A stretch of DNA of 33,085 nucleotides. It comes from Acidobacteriota bacterium (GTDB lineage Bacteria; Acidobacteriota; HRBIN11). The translations under genes and the position numbers were made by a program. Below are positions 9,649 through 20,813 of the stretch, piece by piece. The notes beneath the pieces were generated by a model. That model saw nothing but the letters and a program-made list of their open reading frames with translations, was not told the DNA's origin and ran no database searches. Position 1 is the stretch's first letter. The number at the start of each line of letters is the position of its first letter. The stretch spans positions 1 through 33,085 of the forward strand of contig JAUQPV010000003.1 of the NCBI GenBank assembly GCA_030550225.1, written 5' to 3'.

Positions 9649-9696
9649 GGCCGGTTGCCTGCTCCGCCCCTCAATTCCTGTCGGATGGGAGAGGCT

Positions 9697-12600
9697 ATGA
9701 GCCAGTCCGTATTGGAACGATACCGCCGCACGGAAAGCGGGCGTTACTCGTTTGCCCGCATTTCGTCGGACTTGCCGCTCCCCCACCTGATGGAGCTCCA
9801 ACGCCGTTCGTACCAGGAGTTCCTTCAGATGGACCTCCTGCCCGAGGAGCGCCAGGACGTCGGCCTCCAGGCCGTCTTTAAGCAGATCTTCCCCATCGTC
9901 GACTACCGGGGCATCTGCCAGCTCGACTTTGTCGACTACACGGTCGGCGTGTGGGAGTGTCTCTGCGGTCACCTGAAGGGCCTCGAGTACCTCCGGACGA
10001 CCTGTAGCGGCTGTGGGGCCCGGATCCCCGTCAACCCCGAGGAAGGCGACAGCGTCGTGTGCCCCCAGTGCGGCACACTGAACCGGGAAGTCCTCCAGGT
10101 CTGTCCCAAGTGCCAGACGTACGTCCACCTGAAGAATCGCTACACGGACCGGGAGTGTAAGGAGCGGGGCGCGACCTACTCGGCCCCCCTGCGGGTCCGC
10201 TTGCGACTGTCCCTGTTCGAGACGCCCGAGGACCGGGAGGCGGGCCGACCCAAAGAGGTGAAAGAACAGCTCGTTTACTTCGGGGAGATCCCCCTGATGA
10301 CCGAGTTCGGGACCTTCATCATCAACGGGACCGAGCGGGTCATCGTCAGCCAGCTTCACCGGTCACCGGGGGCTTACTTCCGTCAGATCGGCCGGCGGTC
10401 CTACCTGGCCGAGGTCCTTCCCTATTACGGGGCCTGGATCGAGCTGATGTACGACCGTCGGGGCATCCTGCATGCCCGCATCGACCGCCGGAAGAAGGTC
10501 CCGGGAACAGTCCTCTTGAAGGCTTTTGGCCTGGAAAGCAACCAGGCGATCCTCCAGCGCTTCTACCAGATTCATCACGTCCGTCTCCACGAAGAAGCCA
10601 TCGAGGTCGAGCTGACGGACCGGCTGGTCAACGTCCGGGTCCTCCAGGACGTCGTCCATCCGAAAAAGAACACCCACGTGATCGTCCCAGCCATGGAGCG
10701 GTTGACCCGACCCCGCCTGGAAGAGGCCCTGGCGGCCGGTGTCAAGACCGTGATGGCCCGGACCCGACTCCTGTTCCGTCGAGCGTACTTGGCCGAGGAT
10801 GTCGTCGACCCCACGACCGGGGAGGTCCTGGCCACGGTCGCCTCCGAGGTGACCCCGGAGCTGGTCGAAACCCTGATGAAGAAAAAGATCCTCGACCTGG
10901 CCGTCGTGTTCCCGGACCGGGAGCCCATCGGCGACACGCTGATCCTGACGATGGCCAAGGACAAGACCCAGGACCGTAAAGAGGCCCTCCGGGAGATCTT
11001 TAAGAAGCTTCGGCCTGGGGACCAGGCGACGACGGAGACGGCCCGGATCTTCTTCGAGGAACTCTTCTGGAACCCCCGGCGGTACAGCCTGGGCCCCGTC
11101 GGCCGCCTGAAGCTGAACACGAAGCTCGGGATGGACAAGCCCCTAACCCAGACGACCTTGGACCTGGACGATATCTGTCGGATCACGGAATACGCCCTGA
11201 AACTCCAGCGGAACCTCACCCAGGTCGACGACATCGATAGCTTGGCCAACCGGCGGGTCCGGGCCGTCGGCGAGCTCCTGCAAAACCAGCTCCGGGTCGG
11301 CCTGAGTCGGATGGAGCGGTACATCAAGGAGCGGCTGAGCGTCCTGACGGACCTCACCGACGTCATGCCGGGCGACCTGATCAACACCAAGATGGTCATG
11401 GCCTCGGTCCGGGAATTCTTCGCCACGGGCCAGCTTTCCCAGTTTATGGACCAGACGAATCCCCTGGCGGAGATTACCCACAAGCGACGGCTCAGCGCCC
11501 TCGGCCCCGGCGGCCTGAACCGAGAGCGGGCCGGTTTTGAGGTCCGGGACGTTCACCCGACCCACTATGGCCGGGTTTGCCCCATCGAGACGCCGGAAGG
11601 CCCGAACATCGGCCTGATCGTCTCCCTGAGCTGTTATGCCCGGGTCAACGAGTTTGGCTTCATCGAGAGTCCCTACCGGAAGGTCGAGGACGGTCGGGTC
11701 GTCGACTACGTGCGCATCCTCCATCCCGGGGGTTCGCCCTTCGAGAAGGGCCAAATCCTGCCCCGCGAGGAGGTCGACCGGGTCAACCAAGACTTGACAA
11801 AAAAGCGGAAACAGCCGGCCCGGTACGAGATCCACATCTGGTACATGACGGCCTGGGAGGAAGCCCAGTACGTCATCGCCCAAGCGACGGTCCCCTTGGA
11901 CAACCACGGCCGCATCATACCGGACTTTGTCATCGCAAGGCGTGCCGGCGAGATCGCCCTCGTCCCCCGGGAGGAGGTCCAGTTCATCGACGTCTCGCCC
12001 AAGCAGGTCGTCAGCGTCTCGGCGAGCCTGATTCCGTTCCTCGAACATGACGACGCCAACCGGGCTTTGATGGGCTCGAACATGGAGCGGCAGGCCGTAC
12101 CCCTGATGAAGCCTGAGCCGCCCATCGTCTCGACGGGGATGGAGGCCATCACGGCCCGGGACTCGGGCGCCGTCTTGGTCGCCGAGGAGGACGGCATCGT
12201 CGAGGCCGTCGACGCCACCCGGATCGTCGTGCGCTCCCGCCGGTCCCCAGGGGAGGACCGGGTCCGCATTTACAAGCTCCGAAAGTTGGAGCGCTCGAAC
12301 CAGGGGACGTGCATCACCCAACGGCCCATCGTCCGCCCGGGTCAAGAGATCCGCAAGGGCCAGGTCATCGCCGACGGTCCGGCGACGGCCGAGGGCGAGC
12401 TGGCGTTGGGTCGGAACGTCTTGGTCGCTTACATGCCCTGGCACGGCTACAACTTCGAGGACGCCATCGTCATCAGCGAGCGCCTCGTCGAGGAAGACGC
12501 CTATACGTCGATTCACATCGAGGAGTTCGAGGTCCAAGTCCGGGAGACCAAGATCGGCGAGGAACAACTGACCCGGGATGTCCCGAAGGCGACGCCGGAC

Positions 12601-13977
12601 CAGCTCCGGCACCTGGACGACACGGGGATCGCCGTCATCGGTTCGTACGTCAAGCCGGGCGATATCCTCGTCGGTAAGGTGACGCCCCAGCCGGAGACGG
12701 TCCAGACGCCGGAGGAGCGCCTCATCGCCGTCATCTTCGGCGAGAAGGGGAAGTCCTTCACCGACTCGTCCCTGCGGGTCCCGCCCGGCGTCGAGGGCGT
12801 CGTCGTGGACGTCAAGATCTTCGCCCGCCGGGGCGTCGAAAAAGACCCCACGATGCGGGAACTCGAACGGATCGAGAAGGAGAAGATCCAACGGGACCAG
12901 GAAGACCAGGTCCGCATCCTGCGGGAAAACGTGAAGCTTCAGTTGGCGACCCAGCTCGCCGGGGCTGAGCTCCGGGAGGCCCTGCGGGACATCCACGGCC
13001 GAGAGATCTTCCCGAAGGGTCACGTCCTGCGAGCCGAGGACATCGAGGGCCTGGAATTCTTAGACCTGGAGAATCTCAAGCTCCGGCAAGCGGCGGCCCA
13101 GAAGACCCTCCGGGACGTCCTCAAGCGGTACCACCAGCGACTGAAGGTCCTTCGGAGCATTTACGAGGAACGGCTGAAGCGCCTCGAACAGGGCGACGAG
13201 CTCCCGCCCGGTGTCCTCAAGGTCGTCAAGGTCTACGTAGCCATGAAGCGGCGTCTGCAGGTCGGTGACAAGATGGCCGGCCGGCACGGTAACAAGGGCG
13301 TCGTCGCCATCATCCTCCCCAGGGAAGACATGCCGTTCTTGCCGGACGGGACACCGGTCGACATCGTCCTGAACCCCTTGGGCGTACCGTCCCGGATGAA
13401 CATCGGCCAACTCCTGGAGGCGAATCTGGGCTGGGCCGCTCATGTGCTCGGCGTGCGCTTCGAGTCGCCCGTCTTTGACGGCGCTCGGGAAGAGGACATC
13501 CGGGCCCTTCTGAAGGCGGCCGGCCTGCCCGAAGACGGCAAGACGATCCTCTACGACGGACGGACGGGTGAGCCTTTCGAACAGCGGGTCACGGTCGGCT
13601 ATGCCTACATGATGAAGCTGGTCCATATGGCCGAGGATAAGATCCACGCCCGGGCCACGGGTCCCTACTCGCTGATCACCCAACAGCCTCTGGGCGGTAA
13701 GGCCCGCTTTGGCGGCCAGCGCCTCGGCGAGATGGAGGTCTGGGCCCTGGAGGCTTACGGCGCCGCTTACGCCCTCCAGGAGATGCTGACCGTCAAGTCT
13801 GACGACATCGACGGCCGTCTGCGACTGTTCCAGAGCATCCTTCGGGGTCACCCCCGGATCGAGCCGACGATCCCCGAGTCCTTCCGGGTCCTGATGAAGG
13901 AACTGCAGAGCTTGGCGCTGGACGTCGAGCTCATCTACCAGACACCGTCCGAGGAGGTCCGGGAGGCGGCCTCGTAA
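9697..13977 (+). CDS. rpoB: RNA polymerase beta subunit
   Basis: [52 protein letters not shown]; ATG 9697 after GAGAGG. Confidence 0.99.
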   Translation: MSQSVLERYRRTESGRYSFARISSDLPLPHLMELQRRSYQEFLQMDLLPEERQDVGLQAVFKQIFPIVDYRGICQLDFVDYTVGVWECLCGHLKGLEYLRTTCSGCGARIPVNPEEGDSVVCPQCGTLNREVLQVCPKCQTYVHLKNRYTDRECKERGATYSAPLRVRLRLSLFETPEDREAGRPKEVKEQLVYFGEIPLMTEFGTFIINGTERVIVSQLHRSPGAYFRQIGRRSYLAEVLPYYGAWIELMYDRRGILHARIDRRKKVPGTVLLKAFGLESNQAILQRFYQIHHVRLHEEAIEVELTDRLVNVRVLQDVVHPKKNTHVIVPAMERLTRPRLEEALAAGVKTVMARTRLLFRRAYLAEDVVDPTTGEVLATVASEVTPELVETLMKKKILDLAVVFPDREPIGDTLILTMAKDKTQDRKEALREIFKKLRPGDQATTETARIFFEELFWNPRRYSLGPVGRLKLNTKLGMDKPLTQTTLDLDDICRITEYALKLQRNLTQVDDIDSLANRRVRAVGELLQNQLRVGLSRMERYIKERLSVLTDLTDVMPGDLINTKMVMASVREFFATGQLSQFMDQTNPLAEITHKRRLSALGPGGLNRERAGFEVRDVHPTHYGRVCPIETPEGPNIGLIVSLSCYARVNEFGFIESPYRKVEDGRVVDYVRILHPGGSPFEKGQILPREEVDRVNQDLTKKRKQPARYEIHIWYMTAWEEAQYVIAQATVPLDNHGRIIPDFVIARRAGEIALVPREEVQFIDVSPKQVVSVSASLIPFLEHDDANRALMGSNMERQAVPLMKPEPPIVSTGMEAITARDSGAVLVAEEDGIVEAVDATRIVVRSRRSPGEDRVRIYKLRKLERSNQGTCITQRPIVRPGQEIRKGQVIADGPATAEGELALGRNVLVAYMPWHGYNFEDAIVISERLVEEDAYTSIHIEEFEVQVRETKIGEEQLTRDVPKATPDQLRHLDDTGIAVIGSYVKPGDILVGKVTPQPETVQTPEERLIAVIFGEKGKSFTDSSLRVPPGVEGVVVDVKIFARRGVEKDPTMRELERIEKEKIQRDQEDQVRILRENVKLQLATQLAGAELREALRDIHGREIFPKGHVLRAEDIEGLEFLDLENLKLRQAAAQKTLRDVLKRYHQRLKVLRSIYEERLKRLEQGDELPPGVLKVVKVYVAMKRRLQVGDKMAGRHGNKGVVAIILPREDMPFLPDGTPVDIVLNPLGVPSRMNIGQLLEANLGWAAHVLGVRFESPVFDGAREEDIRALLKAAGLPEDGKTILYDGRTGEPFEQRVTVGYAYMMKLVHMAEDKIHARATGPYSLITQQPLGGKARFGGQRLGEMEVWALEAYGAAYALQEMLTVKSDDIDGRLRLFQSILRGHPRIEPTIPESFRVLMKELQSLALDVELIYQTPSEEVREAAS

Positions 13978-14025
13978 AGGAAGGTCCCAGGCACCGGACA
14001 CCCGGGACCCTTCCTTATGCCCCGC

Positions 14026-14073
14026 GGCCGAATGGCCGAACGGCCCGACTGCCGAATTCCCGAATTGCCCGAC
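14026..14073. repeat. Six-unit octamer array (TGCCGAAT family)
   Basis: GGCCGAAT GGCCGAAC GGCCCGAC TGCCGAAT TCCCGAAT TGCCCGAC, ending 1 nt before the rpoC SD GGAGG. Confidence 0.85.
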
Positions 14074-14086
14074 TGGAGGCATTGCC

Positions 14087-17000
14087 TTGGTGGCCACCAT
14101 CTTTCCACAGCCCGCCCAACGGCGGAAAAGGGAACGGAACATCAACGACATCGTGGCCATTCGCATCGGGTTGGCTTCCCCGGAGAAGATCCGTTCGTGG
14201 TCTTACGGGGAAGTCAAGAAACCCGAGACCATCAACTATCGGACCTTCAAGCCGGAACGGGATGGCCTGTTCTGTGCCCGGATCTTCGGGCCCGTCAGCG
14301 ACTACGAATGTCTGTGCGGCCGATACCGCAAGCTGAAGTATAAGGGTGTCGTCTGCGAGAAGTGCGGTGTCGAGGTCACGGAAAAACGCGTCCGCCGGGA
14401 GCGGATGGGCCATATCGAGCTGGCGGCGCCCGTCGCTCACATCTGGTACGTCCGGAACGTCCCGAGCCGGATGGGCCTCCTGTTGGGGCTGACGGCCCGG
14501 GAGCTCGAACGGGTCATCTACTATGAGTCGTACATCGTCGTCGACCCCGGCGACACAGACCTCCCATTCTGTCAGATCTTGACCCAGGAAGAGTACCGGG
14601 ACCTTCGCAAGCAGTACGGCCACCGATTCGTCGCCAAGATGGGCGCCGAGGGCATCCGGGAGGTCTTGCGGAAGATCGACTTAGCGACCTTGGCCCAGGA
14701 ACTGCGTCAGGAGATGAAGACGTCGCCGTCCCGTCAGCGGAAGATCCGGGCGGCCAAGCGCCTCCGGGTCGTCGAGGCCTTCCTCCGCTCTGGCCAGAAG
14801 CCCGAGTGGATGATCCTGGACGTCATCCCCGTCCTTCCGCCGGAACTGCGGCCCCTCGTACCCCTGGAGGGCGGCCGATTTGCCACCTCAGACCTGAACG
14901 ACCTGTACCGGCGGGTCATCAACCGGAACAACCGCCTCAAGAAACTTTTGGAACTCCATGCCCCCGAAGTCATCATCCGAAATGAAAAGCGGATGCTCCA
15001 GGAGGCCGTCGATGCCCTCCTGGACAACGGCCGGCGGTCTCGCGTCATGAAGGGGGCCCAGCGGCGACCCCTGAAGTCCCTCAGCGATAATCTCAAGGGC
15101 AAGCATGGCCGCTTCCGGCAGAACCTCCTGGGGAAGCGGGTCGACTTCTCGGGTCGAGCCGTCATCGTCGTCGGCCCCGAGCTGAGGTTGTGGCAGTGCG
15201 CCCTCCCCAAGAAGATGGCCCTCGAGCTGTTCAAGCCCTTCGTATACCACCAGCTTGAGAAGATGGGCATCACGGACCTCGTCCGCCGGGCGAAGGAACT
15301 GGTCGCCCGAGAAGACCCCCAGGTGTGGGACGCCCTCGAACAGGTCGTTAAGGACCATCCGGTCCTCCTGAACCGGGCCCCGACCCTGCACCGTTTGAGC
15401 ATCCAGGCCTTCCAGCCCGTCCTGATCGACGAGAAGGCCATCCGGATCCATCCCCTCGTCTGCACGGCCTACAACGCCGACTTCGACGGGGACCAGATGG
15501 GTGTCCACGTCCCTATCTCCCCGGAGGCCCAGCTCGAGGCCTCGACCCTCATGCTGGCCGTCAACAACATCCTGTCGCCGGCCAACGGCAAGCCCCTGGC
15601 GTCGCCGACTCAGGACATGGTCCTGGGGATCTATTACCTGACGGTCCGAAAGCCGACGGGTGACGGGGCGGCTTCCGAGCGGACGCCCTACTTCGGGACG
15701 GCCGACGAAGTCTTGATGGCCTATCAGTTAGGTCACGTCCAGACGCATACGCCTATCCGGTTCCGCTTCTCGGGCCTCCTCATCGACACCGAGTCGCAGG
15801 GGAATACGCAAGACATCCTGTACGCCGCCAAGGAGGAGGTCCGCAACCGGTGGATCGACACGACCGTCGGCCGGGTCCTCTTCCATGCGGCCCTACCGCC
15901 CCACATGCCCTTCGTCAACGGCGTCCTGAAAAAGAAGGGCGTGGCCTCCTTCGTCCACTTCGTGTATCTCAAGTACGGGATGCGGAAGACCGTCGAACTC
16001 CTGGACGCTTTGAAGGACGTGGGCTTCCGGTTTGCGACCCAGGCGGGCATCTCGATGGGCGTCTTCGACGACCTGGTCATCCCTAAGGACAAATGGGAGA
16101 TCATCGAAAAGGCCCGGAAGGAGGTCCGCCGCATCGAAGAACGCTACCGTCGGGGCGAGATGACCGCCCGAGAGAAATACAACCACGTCGTCGCCATCTG
16201 GTCCCGGGTCACCGAGGACGTCATGCAAGAGATGATCCGGGAGATGCGGGACCAGGCCATCGAACGGGGCGAGCTGAACCCCGTGTACGTCATGGTCGAC
16301 TCGGGCGCCCGGGGTTCGGACGTCCAGATCCGCCAGCTGGCCGGGATGCGGGGCCTGATGGCGAAGCCCTCCGGGGAAATCATCGAGACGCCGATCACGT
16401 CCAACTTCCGGGAAGGCCTGTCGGTCCTCGAGTACTTCATTTCGACCCACGGGGCCCGCAAGGGCCTGGCCGATACGGCCCTCAAGACGGCCGACGCCGG
16501 GTACCTGACCCGTCGGCTGGTCGACGTGGCCCAGGACGTCTACGTCACCGAGTACGATTGCGGCACGATGGAGGGGATTTACATCGAACCCCTCATCGAG
16601 GACGGTGAGATCGTCGAACCCCTGCGGGAACGCGTCGTGGGCCGCATCGCCGCTGAGGCCATCCGGGACCCCCTGACGGGCGAGATCATCGTCGGGGCCA
16701 ACGAGATGATCGACGAGGAGAAGGCCTTCCTCCTGGAAGAGGCGGGCATCGACCGGGTCAAGATCCGGTCCGTCCTGACCTGCCAGAGCCGGCGGGGCGT
16801 CTGCGTCTTGTGCTTCGGCCGGGACCTGGCGACAGGCCGACTCGTCCAGATCGGGACCCCCGTCGGGATCATCGCCGCCCAGTCCATCGGCGAGCCGGGG
16901 ACCCAGCTCACGATGCGGACGTTCCACTATGGCGGCACGGCCGGCCGGATCGGGGAGGTCTCCCAGCACCGATCCAAACACGGGGGCATCGTGCAATTCC

Positions 17001-18304
17001 GGGGCCTCCAGACGATTCGGAATAAGGCGGGCCACCAGATCGCCGTGAACCGCAAGGGTCAGGTCGTCATCATCGACCCCGACGGCCGGGAACGGGAGCG
17101 CTATACGGTCGTCTACGGCGCCCGGGTCCTGGTCGAAAACGGCCAGTTCGTCGAGCCCGACACGCCCCTTGTCGAGTGGGACCCCTACTCGTCGGTCATC
17201 CTGTGCGAGCACGAGGGAACCGTCCGGTACCACGACATCCGGGTCGGTGAGACCGTCCAGGAAGAGATCGATGAGGTTACCAAGAATCGAGACCTGGTCG
17301 TCGTCGACTTCGCCGTCGGCAAGGTCGTCCTGAAGCCTTCCATCGAGATCGTGGACAAGGCTGGCGAGGTCATCGCCACCTACCTCTTGCCGACAGGCGC
17401 CCGTCTGGTCGTCCAAGAGGACCAGAAGGTTTACCCGGGTGACGTCCTGGCCAAGATCCCCCGGGAGACGACTAAGACGAAAGACATCACGGGCGGTCTG
17501 CCGCGGGTCGAAGCCCTCTTCGAGGCCCGGAAGCCGGCCGAACCGGCCGTCATCGCCGAGATCGACGGCATCGTCCGCTTCATGGGCATCAACGAGAAGG
17601 GCCAGCGGATCATCCGCATCGAGGGCGAGGGCGGTGTCGAGAAGGAGTACATCCTCCCACGAGGCGCTCACGTCATCGTCCGGGACGGCGAAGCCGTGCA
17701 GGCCGGCGAGCCCCTTATGGAGGGACCCGTGAATCCGACGGACATCCTGCGGGTCTTGGGCGTGCGGGAGCTCGAAAAGTACCTCCTGAACGAGATCCAA
17801 CGGGTGTACCGCTCCCAGGGCGTCAGCATCGACGACAAGTATATCGAGGTCATCATCCGCCAGATGACCCGGTGGTTCCGCATCGAGGACGTCGGCGATA
17901 CCGACTTTCTGTACCGGGAGATCGTCGATAAGTTCCGCTTCATGGACAAGAACGCCGAGGTCGCCGCCCGGGGCGGTAAGCCGGCGACGGGCACGCCCGT
18001 CCTGCTTGGTATCACGCGAGCGGCCCTCAGCACCGATAGCTGGATTTCGGCGGCGTCCTTCCAGGAAACGACCCGAGTCCTCACGGAGGCGGCCATCCGT
18101 GGGAGCACCGACTACCTGTACGGCCTGAAGGAGAACGTCATCGTCGGGCGCTTGGTCCCCTGCGGGACGGGCAGTCCCTACTACCGACAGGTCCGTATCG
18201 AAAAGGACACGACCATCGAGGAGCGCATCGTCCCGGCCGCCTACGAGGAGCCAGCCGAGCTGGCGACCCCGCCGAGCGTTTCCGTCTCCGAAGAAACGGC
18301 CTAA
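14087..18304 (+). CDS. rpoC: RNA polymerase beta-prime subunit
   Basis: N-terminal zinc finger, NADFDGD, trigger loop with large SI3-type insert; start TTG 14087 or GTG 14090. Confidence 0.99.
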   Translation: MVATIFPQPAQRRKRERNINDIVAIRIGLASPEKIRSWSYGEVKKPETINYRTFKPERDGLFCARIFGPVSDYECLCGRYRKLKYKGVVCEKCGVEVTEKRVRRERMGHIELAAPVAHIWYVRNVPSRMGLLLGLTARELERVIYYESYIVVDPGDTDLPFCQILTQEEYRDLRKQYGHRFVAKMGAEGIREVLRKIDLATLAQELRQEMKTSPSRQRKIRAAKRLRVVEAFLRSGQKPEWMILDVIPVLPPELRPLVPLEGGRFATSDLNDLYRRVINRNNRLKKLLELHAPEVIIRNEKRMLQEAVDALLDNGRRSRVMKGAQRRPLKSLSDNLKGKHGRFRQNLLGKRVDFSGRAVIVVGPELRLWQCALPKKMALELFKPFVYHQLEKMGITDLVRRAKELVAREDPQVWDALEQVVKDHPVLLNRAPTLHRLSIQAFQPVLIDEKAIRIHPLVCTAYNADFDGDQMGVHVPISPEAQLEASTLMLAVNNILSPANGKPLASPTQDMVLGIYYLTVRKPTGDGAASERTPYFGTADEVLMAYQLGHVQTHTPIRFRFSGLLIDTESQGNTQDILYAAKEEVRNRWIDTTVGRVLFHAALPPHMPFVNGVLKKKGVASFVHFVYLKYGMRKTVELLDALKDVGFRFATQAGISMGVFDDLVIPKDKWEIIEKARKEVRRIEERYRRGEMTAREKYNHVVAIWSRVTEDVMQEMIREMRDQAIERGELNPVYVMVDSGARGSDVQIRQLAGMRGLMAKPSGEIIETPITSNFREGLSVLEYFISTHGARKGLADTALKTADAGYLTRRLVDVAQDVYVTEYDCGTMEGIYIEPLIEDGEIVEPLRERVVGRIAAEAIRDPLTGEIIVGANEMIDEEKAFLLEEAGIDRVKIRSVLTCQSRRGVCVLCFGRDLATGRLVQIGTPVGIIAAQSIGEPGTQLTMRTFHYGGTAGRIGEVSQHRSKHGGIVQFRGLQTIRNKAGHQIAVNRKGQVVIIDPDGRERERYTVVYGARVLVENGQFVEPDTPLVEWDPYSSVILCEHEGTVRYHDIRVGETVQEEIDEVTKNRDLVVVDFAVGKVVLKPSIEIVDKAGEVIATYLLPTGARLVVQEDQKVYPGDVLAKIPRETTKTKDITGGLPRVEALFEARKPAEPAVIAEIDGIVRFMGINEKGQRIIRIEGEGGVEKEYILPRGAHVIVRDGEAVQAGEPLMEGPVNPTDILRVLGVRELEKYLLNEIQRVYRSQGVSIDDKYIEVIIRQMTRWFRIEDVGDTDFLYREIVDKFRFMDKNAEVAARGGKPATGTPVLLGITRAALSTDSWISAASFQETTRVLTEAAIRGSTDYLYGLKENVIVGRLVPCGTGSPYYRQVRIEKDTTIEERIVPAAYEEPAELATPPSVSVSEETA

Positions 18305-18318
18305 CAGCCCCATCTATT

Positions 18319-18349
18319 CCCGGCGGCCGGATTCGCTTCGGCCGCCGGG
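18319..18349. terminator. GC-rich hairpin after rpoC between convergent genes
   Basis: CCCGGCGGCCG ... CGGCCGCCGGG, 11-bp perfect stem; no U-tract, so the terminator role is uncertain. Confidence 0.5.
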
Positions 18350-18454
18350 GCGTCCCTCCCTACCCTCCCCCGCCTGTCCCGACGCGGCGTAAGCCGTTCC
18401 GTAGGACGGTCCCTGACACAAGCCTGAGCGGTGGAATCAGATCAAGACCGAAAG

Positions 18455-19090
18455 CTACGGGGAACACATGCGGCGCATCCGGTCGGCGTCCATCGCATAC
18501 AGGAAACCCTCGGACAGCGGGGCCTCGGCCAAGGCCGTCGCCATCTCTTGGAACGCCGCCGCGCAGTCGCCCCGCAGGTACTCGACCCAGGCGGCCGTGT
18601 GGTGGTATCGGAAACCCTCAGGCCCCCCCAGGGCGATGGCCCGGCGGACCCAGGCGGCCGCCAGGGACTGTCGTTTTCCACTCCGCAGGGCCGACCAAGC
18701 CAGGTTGTTCAAGCAGTCGGCGCATGTCCCGTCCAGGCGGACGGCCCGGGCGTAAGCCCGGAAGGCGTCAGACCACCGACCCTGACGGGCGTAGAGAAAT
18801 CCGAGATTCATGTAAGGGACGGCCCATCCAGGCGCCTTCCGACGGGCCCGTCGGAGGGCCCGTTCAGCGGCCTTCCATGCGCCCTCTTCCATGTAACGAA
18901 GGGCCAGGTCGTTGTGGGCCTCGGCGGGCAGGGGGTCGTGCAAGACGATGACGTGAGGGGCACAGCCGGCCAGACCGAGGCTCAGGACACCGAGTACGAC
19001 CCACACGAATGGCGAATTGCGGATGGCGAATCTTCCGATAGCGCATACTTGGAAATGACACCAGAGCCGTTCGGTTCGGGAAAATGGCAT
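18455..19090 (-). CDS. TPR-repeat lipoprotein (start uncertain)
   Basis: Lipobox LAGC after hydrophobic VWVVLGVLSLG; TPR motifs AHNDLA..Y, YMNLGFLY..QG, LNNLAW. The track's start at 19261 runs through repeat arrays. Confidence 0.75.
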   Translation of the reverse strand: MPFSRTERLWCHFQVCAIGRFAIRNSPFVWVVLGVLSLGLAGCAPHVIVLHDPLPAEAHNDLALRYMEEGAWKAAERALRRARRKAPGWAVPYMNLGFLYARQGRWSDAFRAYARAVRLDGTCADCLNNLAWSALRSGKRQSLAAAWVRRAIALGGPEGFRYHHTAAWVEYLRGDCAAAFQEMATALAEAPLSEGFLYAMDADRMRRMCSP

Positions 19091-19190
19091 CGGGACAGCC
19101 TTTCCCATGAGCCGGGAGGTGCGGTTTTCCAAGAAGGTCCCGGGTCCCAGGTGCCGGGTCCCGGCGGGGCCACGGCTTTTCCCGCTCCCC

Positions 19191-19251
19191 GGCCAAACGG
19201 CCCGACTGCCGAACTCCCGAATTCCCAATTCGCATTTCGCAATTCGCAATC
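19191..19251. repeat. Compound octamer plus heptamer array
   Basis: GGCCAAAC GGCCCGAC TGCCGAAC TCCCGAAT, then AATTCGC ATTTCGC AATTCGC. Confidence 0.8.
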
Positions 19252-19257
19252 TGTATT

Positions 19258-20568
19258 TCATGTGGTCTTCATCCGTCGCAAGTGCCGGTACAAGGTCGCC
19301 CGGGAGATGCCCAGGCGGCGAGCCGCTTCCTTCTTGTTTCCGCCGACCTGGGCCAGGACCTCCAGGACCCGGGCGGGCTCTAAGCGCTCGGTCGGCAGGG
19401 CCGGTCGGGGGAGCCGACGGGGAGTCGTCAAGCCCGGGAAGTGCTCGGGTCGGAGGGGTTCGCCCCGGGCCAACAAGAGGGCCCGTTCCAGGACGTTTCG
19501 GAGTTCCCGGATATTACCGGGCCAGGCGTACGCCGTCAGCAGGCGCAGGACCTCGGGGGCGACGCGGGGATGAGGCGCCCCCAGAGTCTTCAGGAGGTAC
19601 TCGACCAGAGGCGGGATGTCCTCGACTCGTTCCCGCAAGGGCGGTAAGACGATGGGAAATACGTTGATGCGATAGAACAGATCCCGGCGGAATCGGCCCG
19701 TCTCGACCAGCGCCTCCAAGTCCTGGTGGGTCGCGCAGATGAGGCGGAAGTCGCTCCGCCGGAGCCGAACCTCCCCGAGGCGGCGAAAGACCTTTTCCTC
19801 CAAGACCTTCAGGAAGGCGGCTTGTAAGCTCAGGTCCATATCCCCGATTTCGTCCAAAAAGAGGGTCCCGCTGTCGGCGACCTCGATCAGGCCCTCCTTG
19901 GCGTCCACGGCGGACGTGAAGGCGCCGCGGGCGTGGCCGAAGAGTTCGCTGGCCAGGAGCTCGCCCCGGAGGGTCGAACAGTTGATCTCGACGAAGGGTC
20001 CCGTCTGGCGGACGCTGTGTTCGTGGATCCACCGGGCGAGGACGCCCTTGCCCGTGCCGGTCTCACCCATGAGGAGGACGGGCGCATCGCTTTCGGCGGC
20101 GACGGCGACCATCTCCCGGACGCGGCGCATGGCCGGGCTGTCCCCAAAGAAGGGCTCTTCCCGTCGGTCCAGGCGACGCCGGGCGGTGTACTGCTTATGG
20201 ACCTTCCGGACGTCGATGCTCTTGCGAAGGAGGGTTTCCAGGTCCTGGAGCCGCACGGGCTTCGTGAGAAAGTGATCGGCCCCCCGCCGCATGGCCTCGA
20301 CGGCTTGAGGGATGTCCCCATGGCCGGTGACGACGATGACGGCGACATCCGGGAACTCCTCCCGGAGTTCAGGAATCCAATCGAGGCCGTTGCCGTCCGG
20401 CAGGTGGAGGTCTAACAGGACGGCGCTGAAGCGTCGGTCCGCCGCGGCCTGACGGGCTTCGTCCAGGGAAGCCACGCCGTAGGCCACATATCCAGCCTGG
20501 GCCAGATGCTCCGTCAAAAGGTTCCGGACGTGAGGGTCATCGTCTACGACGAGAACGTCGACGGACAT
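19258..20568 (-). CDS. Sigma54-dependent response regulator (NtrC/AtoC family: REC-AAA+-Fis HTH)
   Basis: VLVVDDD, LLDLHLPD, GETGTGK, ELFGH.RGAFTSA, GTLFLDEIG, WPGNIREL, LGISRATLY; ATG 20568 after GGGAGG. Confidence 0.95.
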   Translation of the reverse strand: MSVDVLVVDDDPHVRNLLTEHLAQAGYVAYGVASLDEARQAAADRRFSAVLLDLHLPDGNGLDWIPELREEFPDVAVIVVTGHGDIPQAVEAMRRGADHFLTKPVRLQDLETLLRKSIDVRKVHKQYTARRRLDRREEPFFGDSPAMRRVREMVAVAAESDAPVLLMGETGTGKGVLARWIHEHSVRQTGPFVEINCSTLRGELLASELFGHARGAFTSAVDAKEGLIEVADSGTLFLDEIGDMDLSLQAAFLKVLEEKVFRRLGEVRLRRSDFRLICATHQDLEALVETGRFRRDLFYRINVFPIVLPPLRERVEDIPPLVEYLLKTLGAPHPRVAPEVLRLLTAYAWPGNIRELRNVLERALLLARGEPLRPEHFPGLTTPRRLPRPALPTERLEPARVLEVLAQVGGNKKEAARRLGISRATLYRHLRRMKTT

Positions 20569-20813
20569 GTGGACCTCCCGACCTCTAAACTTCCTGCCTC
20601 CGTCGTAGAATACTCGGTCACCCTGAATCCCGGTGCTGAACACGGGGTGTCCGGCCTCTTGGAAACCAGACACCCAAGTCCGGTATCTCCGGATGAAAGG
20701 CCCGGGCCGCCTCTATTATACCCGGTGTTCGGTGCTGGATGTTAGGCGCCTGGGTGCTCGGCTGGAGTCTCTTGAGACCCAACACCCATCCGGCACCCGA
20801 CCTTCATCAGCCC

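Noticed and set aside
11410-11520. Rifampicin-resistance substitutions in RpoB
   Set aside because: Cluster I reads [25 protein letters not shown] with the key Q, D, H, R and S residues intact.
16920-17500. Large insertion in the RpoC trigger loop
   Set aside because: Matches the well-known SI3-type insertion found in many Gram-negative lineages.
15893-18313. 806-aa antisense ORF (also 11143-13023, 9193-10359, 13060-14166)
   Set aside because: Shadow frames opposite rpoB/rpoC produced by GC-rich codon bias; no recognisable motifs.
18305-18454. Absence of rpsL-rpsG-fusA after rpoC
   Set aside because: A break at this point occurs in many bacteria.
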